Shown here piece by piece: positions 8,368 through 18,886 of a stretch of 32,000 bases of DNA (position 1 is its first letter; every line of letters begins with the position of its first letter). The DNA lies in NCBI GenBank assembly GCA_017528085.1, contig JAFXPH010000014.1, forward strand, positions 4,487-36,486, written 5' to 3'. The notes under the pieces are model-generated. The model saw only the letters and a program-made list of their open reading frames with translations. It was not told the DNA's origin and searched no databases. The DNA comes from Clostridia bacterium. GTDB lineage: Bacteria > Bacillota > Clostridia > TANB77 > CAG-508. The position numbers and the translations under genes are program-made.

Positions 8368-9441
8368 ATGTATATAAAAAGTATTGAACTCATTAATTTT
8401 AGAAACTATATAGATCAAACTATAGACTTAAATAAAGATATTAACATTATATATGGTAACAATGCTCAAGGTAAAACTAATATAATTGAATCAATCTTTT
8501 TATCAGCAATGGGGAAGTCTTTTAGAGAAAATAAGGAGAAGAATTTAATTAGATTTGGTGAAAATGAAGCAACTGTAGTTATTAATTATGAAAGAAATGG
8601 TAAAGATAATCAGATAAAAGTAATTTTAAATGATAATAAGATATTCTTTTATAATGATATAAAACAGGGGAGAGTTAGCGATATAATTGGTAAGATTAAT
8701 GTTGTTATCTTTACTCCAGATGATATTAATATATTTAAAGAAGGACCTCAAAGAAGAAGAAAATTCTTAGATATGTTAATAAGTTCATTAAAACCTAAAT
8801 ATCTATATTTGCTAAAAGATTATAATAATGTATTAGACCAAAGAAACTTCTATTTAAAGGAGATTAAATATAATCATAAATCAGAAGATTTACTTGATGT
8901 ATATGATGAACAACTTTCAAGCATAGGATCTGACATTTATAAATATAGAAAAGATTATATAGAAAAAATTCAAAAATATATATCTTCATTCCACAGTTTG
9001 ATAACAAAAAGTGGAAAAGAGAGTATTGATATTAAATATATAACTACTTTTAAAGATAAAGATTCTTATAAAGAAGATTTAAAAAGAAAGAGAAAAGAAG
9101 ATTTAGATAAAGGTTTTACGACTATAGGTGTCCACAGAGATGATTTTATCATTAATATAAACAATAAAAATGTAGCTACATTTGGTTCTCAAGGACAACA
9201 AAGATCATCAATATTAAGTTTAAAACTATCAGAATTAAATGTTATTAAAGATGAAATAAATGATGAACCAGTATTACTACTAGATGATTTTATGTCTGAA
9301 CTTGATGAAGAGAGAAGGACAAGTTTTATAGAAAACATTGAAGGAAATCAAGTTATTTTGACATGCACTGATAAAATTGATATAAAAAGAGATGGACAAA
9401 CATTCTTTATAGAAAATGGAATAGTAAATAGGGGAGATTAG
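8368..9441 (+). CDS. recF: DNA replication and repair protein RecF
   Basis: 357 aa. N-terminal SMC-like Walker A GNNAQGKTNIIES, signature FGSQGQQRS, Walker B LLLDDFMSELD. Conserved dnaN-recF order. Confidence 0.96.
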   Translation: MYIKSIELINFRNYIDQTIDLNKDINIIYGNNAQGKTNIIESIFLSAMGKSFRENKEKNLIRFGENEATVVINYERNGKDNQIKVILNDNKIFFYNDIKQGRVSDIIGKINVVIFTPDDINIFKEGPQRRRKFLDMLISSLKPKYLYLLKDYNNVLDQRNFYLKEIKYNHKSEDLLDVYDEQLSSIGSDIYKYRKDYIEKIQKYISSFHSLITKSGKESIDIKYITTFKDKDSYKEDLKRKRKEDLDKGFTTIGVHRDDFIININNKNVATFGSQGQQRSSILSLKLSELNVIKDEINDEPVLLLDDFMSELDEERRTSFIENIEGNQVILTCTDKIDIKRDGQTFFIENGIVNRGD

Positions 9442-9442
9442 A

Positions 9443-11628
<2,186 letters not shown>

Positions 11629-11643
11629 TATAAAGTCTTGAAA

Positions 11644-11677
11644 GTATATCTAAACTGCGGTTTAGGTGTACTTTTTT
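11644..11677 (+). terminator. Rho-independent terminator after gyrB
   Basis: 12-bp stem GTATATCTAAAC (11644-11655) / GTTTAGGTGTAC (11660-11671) with two G:U pairs, TGCG loop, then TTTTTTGTTTTG. Confidence 0.75.
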
Positions 11678-11684
11678 GTTTTGG

Positions 11685-12070
11685 GTTGTGTAGAATTTTT
11701 TTTGTGTAAAAGTAGGTAGTTTAAAAATTCAAAATGTGTAAAAATTAAAAATGAAAAAAATAAATTACCAACAAAAAACACAAAAAATTATCAACAGAAA
11801 AGTGTAAAAATTGTGAATAAAAAAATCCCGAAACGCTTATTTCCTTAAATGAAAATCAAGTAACTGTTGAAAGAGTAAAATTAGAGAAAATTGTTTTTTG
11901 TGAAACATTTTAAAAATTTTTGTGTGTTAATAAAAGTATTTGGAAGTGTGAAAAAATAGGCAAAAACAGTTTTAAACAGGAAAAATAATTCACAATATAA
12001 ATACCCTAAAAAATAATTAGAGATAATTCACAAAAGTCTTATTTCCCAAGCGTTTTAAGGTGTAAAAAAA
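11685..12070. promoter_or_regulatory. Array of DnaA-box-like TGTG(N)A(N)AA / TT(N)T(N)CACA motifs in the gyrB-gyrA spacer
   Basis: One-mismatch boxes TTATCAACA (11788-11796) and TGTGAATAA (11812-11820). TGTGTAAAA occurs twice (about 11703 and 11735). GTGTAAAAA occurs twice more (about 11802 and 12060). Also TGTGTAGAA (about 11687), TGTGAAAAA (about 11947), TGTGAAACA (about 11899), and ATAATTCACAA twice (about 11986 and 12033). The same degenerate box family is seen in the two oriC spacers. Confidence 0.45.
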
Positions 12071-12082
12071 TGTCAAAAATCC

Positions 12083-12111
12083 TTGATTTTTTAGGTTATT
12101 TTTTATATAAT
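12083..12111 (+). promoter_or_regulatory. Sigma-A type promoter for gyrA
   Basis: TTGATT (12083-12088), 17 nt, TATAAT (12106-12111), about 37 nt upstream of the gyrA ATG. AAGAGG RBS. Confidence 0.6.
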
Positions 12112-12148
12112 ACAACTGTAGAAAAAGTATAAGAAAAGAGGTTTATAT

Positions 12149-14599
12149 ATGGAAAGACAAGATGGTAAGATTATTGAGAGAGATATCGACACAGAGATGA
12201 AAACTGCATACATAGATTATGCAATGTCTGTTATAGTTTCTCGTGCTTTACCAGATGCAAGAGATGGTTTAAAACCAGTTCATAGAAGAATCTTGTATTC
12301 TATGCATGAAGACGGTATCACATCAGATAAACCATATAGAAAATGTGCAAATACTGTTGGATCAGTTTTAGGTAGATACCATCCACATGGTGATGCTTCA
12401 GTATATGATGCAATGGTTAGAATGGCACAAGACTTTTCAATGAGATATATGTTAATTGATGGTCATGGAAATTTTGGTTCTATAGATGGTGACGGTGCTG
12501 CTGCAATGAGGTACACAGAATCTAGAATGGCTAAAATATCTGAGCATATGCTAATGGATATTGAAAAAGACACTGTAGATTTCATGCCAAACTATGATGA
12601 CAGATTACAAGAACCAACAGTACTACCAACAAGAATTCCTACATTATTAGTAAATGGATCTTCAGGTATCGCTGTAGGTATGGCAACTAATGTTCCACCA
12701 CACAATTTAACAGAAGTAGTTAATGGTATTATCGCAACAATAGATAATAAAGATATAACTTCAGAAGAGTTAATGAAATATATTAAAGGTCCAGATTTCC
12801 CAACAGGAGCTATGATTTTAGGAAAACAGGGAATAAAGGATACATATTTAACAGGTAGAGGAAAAATTACTGTAAGAGCTGAATCTGAAATTGAAGAGAT
12901 GTCAGGAAACAGACAAAGAATAGTAGTTCATTCTTTACCATATGTAGTTAACAAAGCTAAGTTAATTGAAACAATAGCTAATTTAGTTAAAGATAAAAAA
13001 ATCGATGGTATCTCAGGAATTAGAGATGAGTCAGATAGAGAAGAGAAAGTAAGAATAGTAATTGAGCTTAAGAGAGATGCAAGACCTCAAGTTGTATTAA
13101 ATCAATTATACAAACATACTCAAATGCAAGATACTTTCGGTGCTATCATGCTAGCTTTAGTTGATGGAGAACCAAAGATACTAACATTAAGAGAAATGTT
13201 AGATGTATTCATTAACTTTAGAAAAGACGTTATTGTAAGAAGAACTAAATTTGAACTTGCTAAAGCTGAAGCTAGAGCACATATATTAGAAGGATTATTA
13301 ATAGCAATTGATAATATCGATGAAGTTATTAATATAATTCGTTCTTCATATGATGATGCTAAAGAAAAATTGATGGCAAGATTCAAATTAGATGATATAC
13401 AAGCTCAAGCAATCTTAGATATGCAATTAAAGAGACTATCTGGATTACAAAGAGAGAAAACTGAAGAAGAGTATAATGAACTTATGAAATTAATAGCTCA
13501 TTATAAAGAAATTCTTGCTTCAGAACAACTTGTATTAGATATAATTAAAGAAGAATTATTAGAAGTTAAAGAAAAATTTGGTGATGAAAGAAGAACAAAG
13601 ATTACTGCAGCTGCTGATGAAATCGATGAAGAAGATTTAATCAAAGAAGAGCAAGTAATTATCGCTTTAACACACTTTGGATATGTTAAGAGAATGCCAA
13701 TTGATACTTATAAGAGCCAAAGAAGAGGTGGTAAAGGTGTAACTGGTGTATCAACAAGAAAAGAAGACTTCGTAAAAGAAATCTTTACAGCATCTACACA
13801 CGATATCATATTATTCTTTACTAATAAAGGTAAGGTATATGGACTTAAAGGATATGATATTCCTGAAGCTGGAAGAACAGCAAAAGGAACAGCTATTGTT
13901 AACTTACTTAACCTTGATAGTCAAGAAAAAGTATCAGCAGTTATTCCAATTCAAACATTCGCTGATGATGCATATCTATTAATGGCAACAAAGAATGGTT
14001 TAATTAAGAAGACTAAATTCACAGAATATCAATCAAACAAGAGAACAGGTTTAATCGGTATTACATTAAAAGATAACGATGAATTAATAGATGTAAGATT
14101 AACAGATGGTCAAAACAATGTTGTTCTTGTTACAAAGAAAGGTATCTGTATAACATTTGATGAAAAAGATGTAAGACCAGTAGGTAGAACAGCACAAGGT
14201 GTTATCGGTATCAAACTTGATGAAGATGATACTGTAGTTGGTATGGAACCAATTATACCTGGTGGAAAAGCTACATTACTTACAATTACAGAAAATGGAT
14301 TTGGTAAGAGAACAGAGACAGATGAATATAGAGTACAAAATAGAGGTGGTAGAGGAGTTATAACATATAAGATCACACCAAAGACAGGAAATATCGTAGG
14401 TATTAGAATTATCAATGGTGATGAAGATATTATGCTTGTAACAGATACTGGCACAATAATTAGATTAAAAGTTGATGAAGTAAGTATTCTAGGAAGAGCT
14501 ACACAAGGTGTTACTCTTATGAGAACAAACGACGGAGGTAAAGTAGTAAGTATAGAAGCTATTAGACCAGATGTTGCTGAAGATGATTCAGAAGAATAA
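12149..14599 (+). CDS. gyrA: DNA gyrase subunit A
   Basis: 816 aa. Active-site region AAMRYTE with the catalytic Tyr. QRDR-like GRYHPHGDASVYDAMVRMAQ. C-terminal beta-pinwheel repeats, including the GyrA-box-like QRRGGKG. Confidence 0.98.
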   Translation: MERQDGKIIERDIDTEMKTAYIDYAMSVIVSRALPDARDGLKPVHRRILYSMHEDGITSDKPYRKCANTVGSVLGRYHPHGDASVYDAMVRMAQDFSMRYMLIDGHGNFGSIDGDGAAAMRYTESRMAKISEHMLMDIEKDTVDFMPNYDDRLQEPTVLPTRIPTLLVNGSSGIAVGMATNVPPHNLTEVVNGIIATIDNKDITSEELMKYIKGPDFPTGAMILGKQGIKDTYLTGRGKITVRAESEIEEMSGNRQRIVVHSLPYVVNKAKLIETIANLVKDKKIDGISGIRDESDREEKVRIVIELKRDARPQVVLNQLYKHTQMQDTFGAIMLALVDGEPKILTLREMLDVFINFRKDVIVRRTKFELAKAEARAHILEGLLIAIDNIDEVINIIRSSYDDAKEKLMARFKLDDIQAQAILDMQLKRLSGLQREKTEEEYNELMKLIAHYKEILASEQLVLDIIKEELLEVKEKFGDERRTKITAAADEIDEEDLIKEEQVIIALTHFGYVKRMPIDTYKSQRRGGKGVTGVSTRKEDFVKEIFTASTHDIILFFTNKGKVYGLKGYDIPEAGRTAKGTAIVNLLNLDSQEKVSAVIPIQTFADDAYLLMATKNGLIKKTKFTEYQSNKRTGLIGITLKDNDELIDVRLTDGQNNVVLVTKKGICITFDEKDVRPVGRTAQGVIGIKLDEDDTVVGMEPIIPGGKATLLTITENGFGKRTETDEYRVQNRGGRGVITYKITPKTGNIVGIRIINGDEDIMLVTDTGTIIRLKVDEVSILGRATQGVTLMRTNDGGKVVSIEAIRPDVAEDDSEE

Positions 14600-14614
14600 T
14601 TTAAATAATAAGAA

Positions 14615-14645
14615 AGACTCAAACAAACAGTTTGGGTCTTTTTTA
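14615..14645 (+). terminator. Rho-independent terminator after gyrA
   Basis: AGACTCAAAC (14615-14624) / GTTTGGGTCT (14630-14639) followed by TTTTTT. Confidence 0.8.
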
Positions 14646-14649
14646 ATAC

Positions 14650-14683
14650 AAAAAATCCACAAATTTTTAATAATTTGTGGATT
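14650..14683 (-). terminator. Rho-independent terminator for the minus-strand helicase-loader operon
   Basis: Perfect 12-bp inverted repeat AATCCACAAATT (14654-14665) / AATTTGTGGATT (14672-14683). The A-run at 14650-14655 supplies the T-tract on the minus strand. It lies 20 nt downstream of the stop at 14703. Confidence 0.7.
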
Positions 14684-14702
14684 AATTTATTCTAATTTTA
14701 TA

Positions 14703-15722
14703 TTATTCTTCAATTTTCTTTACTTTTTTAAGCCTTAAATCTTCACCAAAGAATCGAATAAATCTATAATTACCAGCAAGCCTTGAAAATACTTTTTGAG
14801 TATAGATTTTGTGTACTTCATCTAAAGTTAAGTTTGTAGTAATTATTGTTTTTGTTATTTTATGGTTTTGATTTAATAGTCTTGTATTAATAATTGTAAA
14901 TAAATCTGTTATTTTATAATCATTAACTGTTTCAGCACCTAAATCATCAATTATTAATAGATCAACTGATAAAATGTTATCCATTAATGTAGTTGAATTT
15001 TTATTGAATCTTTCATCAATTATTGAATCAAGCATAACAGGTGCTGTTTGATATAAAACAGTTTTACCTTCTTTAAGTAGTTCTGCAGCAATACAATTAG
15101 TCATGAATGTTTTTCCAAGACCAGTACTTCCTGTAAACATTAAGTTTTTTTCAGTTGGATCATCAAAATTTTCTATAAAACTCATAGCTTTTTCTCTAAT
15201 TAAAGATATATTTTCTCTTGGAGAGTAGTCTGAGTTATATAGTTCTTTATTTGGTTTATCAGAAAAGAATCTTAAATCAAAATTTGAAAAGTTTTCTTTA
15301 TCAAGGTTACCAATATTTGATTTATTGTAAGAGATATTGAATATCTTTTGTTTTACACAAGTACAAAGTTCTTCTTTTCCACCTTTTGTAACATATCCTG
15401 TATCCTTACAATATTTGCAATCATATCTTGGTTGTAATAGGTTAGAATCCTTTGTAAGTTCTTTAATATAGCTATTCTTTTCTTTTATTAAAGAAGCAGT
15501 TTCTTTTTTCATTTCTGAAAGAATCTTAGATTGTTCCTCTTTTTTAGCAGCTAATACCTTTTTTGAATAATCTAAAGAGATTTTAGCAATTTTATCATTA
15601 AGTTCTTTTAATTTTGGATTTGCATCTTCTAATGCTTTTTTCTCTTTTTGAATTCTTTCTTCTTCATAAATTCTTTTTTGGTTATATTCAGTTAGTATTT
15701 GTTTTAATATAACTTTATCCAT
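14703..15722 (-). CDS. DnaI/DnaC-like replicative helicase loader (IstB-like AAA+ ATPase) with an N-terminal coiled coil and a Cys cluster
   Basis: 339 aa. Walker A GSTGLGKTF, Walker B LLIIDDLGAE, cysteine cluster CKYCKDTGYV...CTC before the ATPase, and a Lys/Glu-rich N-terminal ~95 aa. Immediately downstream of a DnaD/DnaB-like gene, like the B. subtilis dnaB-dnaI pair. Confidence 0.85.
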   Translation of the reverse strand: MDKVILKQILTEYNQKRIYEEERIQKEKKALEDANPKLKELNDKIAKISLDYSKKVLAAKKEEQSKILSEMKKETASLIKEKNSYIKELTKDSNLLQPRYDCKYCKDTGYVTKGGKEELCTCVKQKIFNISYNKSNIGNLDKENFSNFDLRFFSDKPNKELYNSDYSPRENISLIREKAMSFIENFDDPTEKNLMFTGSTGLGKTFMTNCIAAELLKEGKTVLYQTAPVMLDSIIDERFNKNSTTLMDNILSVDLLIIDDLGAETVNDYKITDLFTIINTRLLNQNHKITKTIITTNLTLDEVHKIYTQKVFSRLAGNYRFIRFFGEDLRLKKVKKIEE

Positions 15723-15731
15723 AATTTATCC

Positions 15732-16688
15732 TTAATTATCATATAATGAATCAAAAGTGCTTTGTGTGTATTCTGAAGTTGTTTCTTTAGAAGCTTTTGA
15801 TGATTTTGGCTCTCTTTTACTTACTGGCTTTGTAGATTCAATATAAGCTTCAACATCTTGAGGTGTTCTTAAATCTTTTTCATGCCAATCTGTAATTACT
15901 TTATCAATATATTTAAAATTAACTGATCCAGAAGATGTAGATTTCTTTAATGCTAAGTTAATTATATCCATATTATAGTTATATGAATCAACCCATTTTG
16001 AAACATATTCCTCTTCAAAACTTGTTAAGTTTCTATAAAGGTTAAGCTTCTTTGATATGTCTTTTCCAATTGCTTGTTTTTTATCTTGCTTTTGGAATAG
16101 TAAGTCTAAATCATAGAAAGAGTGAACTCCTTTATTAGACCAATCTTCAGCAACTGTTTGTACATAGTTTCTATGAAGTGCGTGATTTTCAAAACAATAG
16201 TTGAAAAGCGCAAACATAACTTCCTCTTCAAATTTATATTTTTCAAACCAAAAAGCGATGTCATTATACCAAGAAGGTGACATTGTGTTTTGGAAGAATT
16301 GCTTGTTAATATTTTGAATAGTATTTTCTCTAAATTTGTTTTCAGAAGTTTTTATAGATTGTTCTGGTGTCATAGTAACTTTTGGAGAATATAGTTTATT
16401 AAGTTCAATTTCTTGAAGGCTTTTAACTACATATCCATCAGGTTTCTTAAGAAGAATACCTTTGTCTTCCCAGTACTTAAAAGAATCTTGCACGACGTTA
16501 AAATCTAAACCTAAAGATTTAGACACATCTGACATATTAAAATCTGGATTATATTTTGATTGAAATAAAACATGTAAAAACACTTTTATATTATCTCCAG
16601 AAGCCTCTGAAAGATAGTCAGTGAAAAACACATCTGGTAATTCTGTACTAGAAAATAAAAGTGATTTATCTTCTTGTGATAACTTCAT
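15732..16688 (-). CDS. DnaD/DnaB-domain replication initiation and membrane attachment protein
   Basis: C-terminal DnaB_2/DnaD-type repeat (YVSKWVDSYNYNMDIINLALKK...NFKYIDKVITDWHEKDLRTPQDVEAY) and a similar earlier repeat (VMFALFNYCFEN...YVQTVAEDWSNKGV). I use the ATG at 16688 (MKLSQEDK...) with an AAGGTG RBS, rather than the track's 16775. Confidence 0.8.
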   Translation of the reverse strand: MKLSQEDKSLLFSSTELPDVFFTDYLSEASGDNIKVFLHVLFQSKYNPDFNMSDVSKSLGLDFNVVQDSFKYWEDKGILLKKPDGYVVKSLQEIELNKLYSPKVTMTPEQSIKTSENKFRENTIQNINKQFFQNTMSPSWYNDIAFWFEKYKFEEEVMFALFNYCFENHALHRNYVQTVAEDWSNKGVHSFYDLDLLFQKQDKKQAIGKDISKKLNLYRNLTSFEEEYVSKWVDSYNYNMDIINLALKKSTSSGSVNFKYIDKVITDWHEKDLRTPQDVEAYIESTKPVSKREPKSSKASKETTSEYTQSTFDSLYDN

Positions 16689-16791
16689 TATTAAACACAC
16701 CTTTCTATCATATTTTTTATCTTTAGTACAACAATTATTTTTCCAAATTATATCAAAATATTCGCACTTATTCAATAAGTTAGAACTAATT

Positions 16792-16819
16792 TTACAAAAG
16801 AGAGTTTGTGTGCTATAAT
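16792..16819 (+). promoter_or_regulatory. Sigma-A type promoter with extended -10
   Basis: TTACAA (16792-16797), 16 nt, TGcTATAAT (TATAAT at 16814-16819), upstream of the DUF1858 gene. Confidence 0.55.
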
Positions 16820-16854
16820 ACCACTTGTAACAAATAAAAGTGGAGGAAAAATTT

Positions 16855-17037
16855 ATGATAGAGAAAACAATGACAATCGGAGAATTATTAGAAACAGCTC
16901 CAGATAAAACAGATATATTATTACAAGCAGGAATGCACTGTATTGGATGTCCAGCATCTTTAATGGAAACTATTGAAGAAGCTTGTGCAGTTCATGGTAT
17001 AGATGTTGATTCATTACTAACAGAATTAAACAAATAA
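16855..17037 (+). CDS. DUF1858 / hybrid-cluster-protein-associated redox disulfide domain protein
   Basis: 60 aa reading MIEKTMTIGELLETAPDKTDILLQAGMHCIGCPASLMETIEEAC..., the typical DUF1858 pattern with a CxxC. The track's GTG start at 16840 overlaps the GGAGG RBS that serves the ATG at 16855. Confidence 0.8.
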   Translation: MIEKTMTIGELLETAPDKTDILLQAGMHCIGCPASLMETIEEACAVHGIDVDSLLTELNK

Positions 17038-17042
17038 TTTTA

Positions 17043-17080
17043 AAAAATAAGAACCTAAGCTTAAGCTTAGGTTCTTTTGT
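17043..17080. terminator. Bidirectional terminator between convergent genes
   Basis: Perfect 28-nt palindrome AAGAACCTAAGCTTAAGCTTAGGTTCTT (17049-17076), flanked by an A-run on the left and a T-run on the right. Confidence 0.8.
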
Positions 17081-17811
17081 TATTTATTAATTATTAAATT
17101 AAAAAATGTATTCTTTAGTTCTATTTTTTCACCTGAGTCGTTCTGATATTGTGGATTAATAATAAGTACATTTAAAGCAGATGTATTTACTAAATCTATA
17201 TTTTCATCAGGTATTTGTGTTGAGAATAAAACTATAACATAATCTGCTTCTTGCTTTACTATAAATCTTTTGTAAGAAGTTCCTATTCGATTATATTTAT
17301 ACTCTATAGATGTATCTTTATCAGTTTCTTTTTCAGTAGAATTTCCTGAATTTATATTTAAATAGTTAGAGAAAGCATCTATAAGATCATTCTTTACTTG
17401 AGTTATTGATGTTAGATAAATATTACAAGTATCACCTGTAATATCATATATTTGAAAATCACAAGATAGTTCATTTATAGGTGTTGCATCTAAAGTTTTA
17501 AATTTTACAAGAACGATAAAGTTATCATTATCTGCTTGAATTATTGTATTATTACGTTCTTCTTCTGTTAAATTAAGATCCTTTAAGTCTTCTTCAGTAA
17601 TAGGCTTTGTTAAAATATTTATAGCAGATACTGATAAATTATCCTTTTGAAGTAGTGGATACTGCTCAGGATTATCTAAAGGTCCTTCTACAGTCATATA
17701 ATCGTAGTCTTTAAAACTTGGAACAAAAGAACCACCTTTTGATGCTTTTATTCCTAACACAAGAGCTACAACAATAAAAATAATTAAAAAAATATATAAT
17801 AATTTTCTCAT
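17080..17811 (-). CDS. Hypothetical N-terminally membrane-anchored (probably extracytoplasmic) protein
   Basis: 243 aa. N-terminal MRKLLYIFLIIFIVVALVLGI signal-anchor with no lipobox Cys; the rest is polar and beta-rich. It follows the 88-aa ORF with a 9-nt gap. No family recognised. Confidence 0.6.
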   Translation of the reverse strand: MRKLLYIFLIIFIVVALVLGIKASKGGSFVPSFKDYDYMTVEGPLDNPEQYPLLQKDNLSVSAINILTKPITEEDLKDLNLTEEERNNTIIQADNDNFIVLVKFKTLDATPINELSCDFQIYDITGDTCNIYLTSITQVKNDLIDAFSNYLNINSGNSTEKETDKDTSIEYKYNRIGTSYKRFIVKQEADYVIVLFSTQIPDENIDLVNTSALNVLIINPQYQNDSGEKIELKNTFFNLIINK

Positions 17812-17820
17812 AAGTACTCC

Positions 17821-18087
17821 TTATTTTTCTTCTTCATCTAGTATGATTTTATCAAGAGAATCATCTTTATAATGTTCATATTTGAACATAGTTTTGTTTC
17901 TTCTGTCTTCAAACATATCTTTTAATTTTCCAACTGCTTCCATAGGGTCAATATTATATTTCTTGCAAAACTCTAAAGTATATTCTTTGACATATTTTTC
18001 TCTTTTTTTCTTGTCATCTGCATCATGAAATGCAGAAACTGCTGTAAATAATTCAGTTTCGACAAGTATTTCTTGATCTTTTTGCAT
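17821..18087 (-). CDS. Hypothetical small charged cytoplasmic protein
   Basis: 88-aa ORF with an AAGGAGAA RBS. Lys/Glu/Asp-rich. First gene of a two-gene minus-strand unit. No family recognised. Confidence 0.55.
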   Translation of the reverse strand: MQKDQEILVETELFTAVSAFHDADDKKKREKYVKEYTLEFCKKYNIDPMEAVGKLKDMFEDRRNKTMFKYEHYKDDSLDKIILDEEEK

Positions 18088-18168
18088 ATTATTCTCCTTT
18101 TTAAAATAATATTCACATATACATTATATATTTAAACGATAGGAATAATCAATAAATAGAGACTTATA

Positions 18169-18197
18169 TTGATTTTTTGGGATAAAAAGAATATAAT
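18169..18197 (+). promoter_or_regulatory. Sigma-A type promoter for tRNA-Arg
   Basis: TTGATT (18169-18174), 17 nt, TATAAT (18192-18197), 15 nt upstream of the tRNA 5' end. Confidence 0.65.
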
Positions 18198-18212
18198 AAC
18201 CACGTACTAAAT

Positions 18213-18289
18213 GTATCTATAGCTCAGTAGGATAGAGCGTGCGCCTCCTAAGCGCAAGGCCGTTGGTTCGATTCCAACTAGATACACCA
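18213..18289 (+). tRNA. tRNA-Arg (anticodon CCU), CCA encoded
   Basis: Hand-folded cloverleaf. Acceptor stem GTATCTA/TAGATAC. D arm GCTC-AGTAGGATA-GAGC. Anticodon stem TGCGC/GCGCA with loop CTCCTAA. T arm GTTGG-TTCGATT-CCAAC. Discriminator A plus CCA. Confidence 0.92.
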
Positions 18290-18290
18290 A

Positions 18291-18322
18291 AAGAACTAAC
18301 TAAAAAAAGTTAGTTCTTTTTT
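18291..18322 (+). terminator. Rho-independent terminator after tRNA-Arg
   Basis: AAGAACTAAC (18291-18300) / GTTAGTTCTT (18309-18318) followed by a T-run. Confidence 0.8.
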
Positions 18323-18421
18323 GTTAATAAAAAACTCTAGAATTATAGAAAAACTCGCAATTATAGAAATTATATGATATAATAACCAAAAATTAATTTT
18401 AAGTTTAGGTAAGAAACTCAT

Positions 18422-18886
18422 ATGGAAGAAAAATTTATGAAAGAAGCTTTAAAGGAAGCTTCAAAAGCATATAAAGAAGATGAGATTCCAGTAGGGTGTG
18501 TAATTGTTAAAGATGGCAAAATAATAGCAAGAGCTCACAATAGAAAAGTTAATAAAAACAACACTCTATATCATGCAGAATTAATAGCAATAGATAAAGC
18601 ATCTAAGAAATTAGATTCATGGAGATTAACAGGATGTGAGATGTATGTCACATTAGAACCATGTCCTATGTGTGCAGGAGCACTTATTAATTCAAGGATG
18701 TCAAAATTATATATAGGTACTAAAGATCCTAAAGCTGGTGCTTGTGGCTCAGTACTTAATTTGCTTTCTGATTATAAGTTTAATCATAAGGTAGAAGTAG
18801 AACATGGCGTTCTACAAAAAGAATGTGAAAAGATATTAAAAGAATTCTTTAAGGAGTTAAGAGAAAGGAACAAAAATGAAAAGTAA
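18422..18886 (+). CDS. tadA: tRNA-specific adenosine-34 deaminase TadA
   Basis: 154 aa. CDA zinc motifs HAELIAI and PCPMCAGAL. N-terminal FMKEALKEASKAYKEDEIPVGCVIV is typical of TadA. Conserved position upstream of SRP RNA and dnaX. The start could instead be the ATG at 18437. Confidence 0.93.
   Translation: MEEKFMKEALKEASKAYKEDEIPVGCVIVKDGKIIARAHNRKVNKNNTLYHAELIAIDKASKKLDSWRLTGCEMYVTLEPCPMCAGALINSRMSKLYIGTKDPKAGACGSVLNLLSDYKFNHKVEVEHGVLQKECEKILKEFFKELRERNKNEK

Noticed and set aside
14654-14683. Perfect inverted repeat containing AATCCACA / TGTGGATT, which resembles a pair of DnaA boxes
   Set aside because: Its position just after the stop of the minus-strand operon, with a flanking T-tract on that strand, fits an intrinsic terminator better. 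The box matches are imperfect.
17049-17076. 28-nt perfect palindrome with tandem AAGCTT sites, considered as a recombination or att site or a protein operator
   Set aside because: It sits exactly between two convergent stop codons and is flanked by A and T runs. A bidirectional terminator explains it fully.
16840-18440. Near-identical string GGA(G/A)GAAAAATTTATGA at the starts of the DUF1858 gene (16842) and tadA (18424), giving both track ORFs an MEEKFM N-terminus
   Set aside because: It is a short AT-rich RBS/start context. 17 of 18 nt is plausible by chance given the composition, and no extended repeat surrounds either copy.
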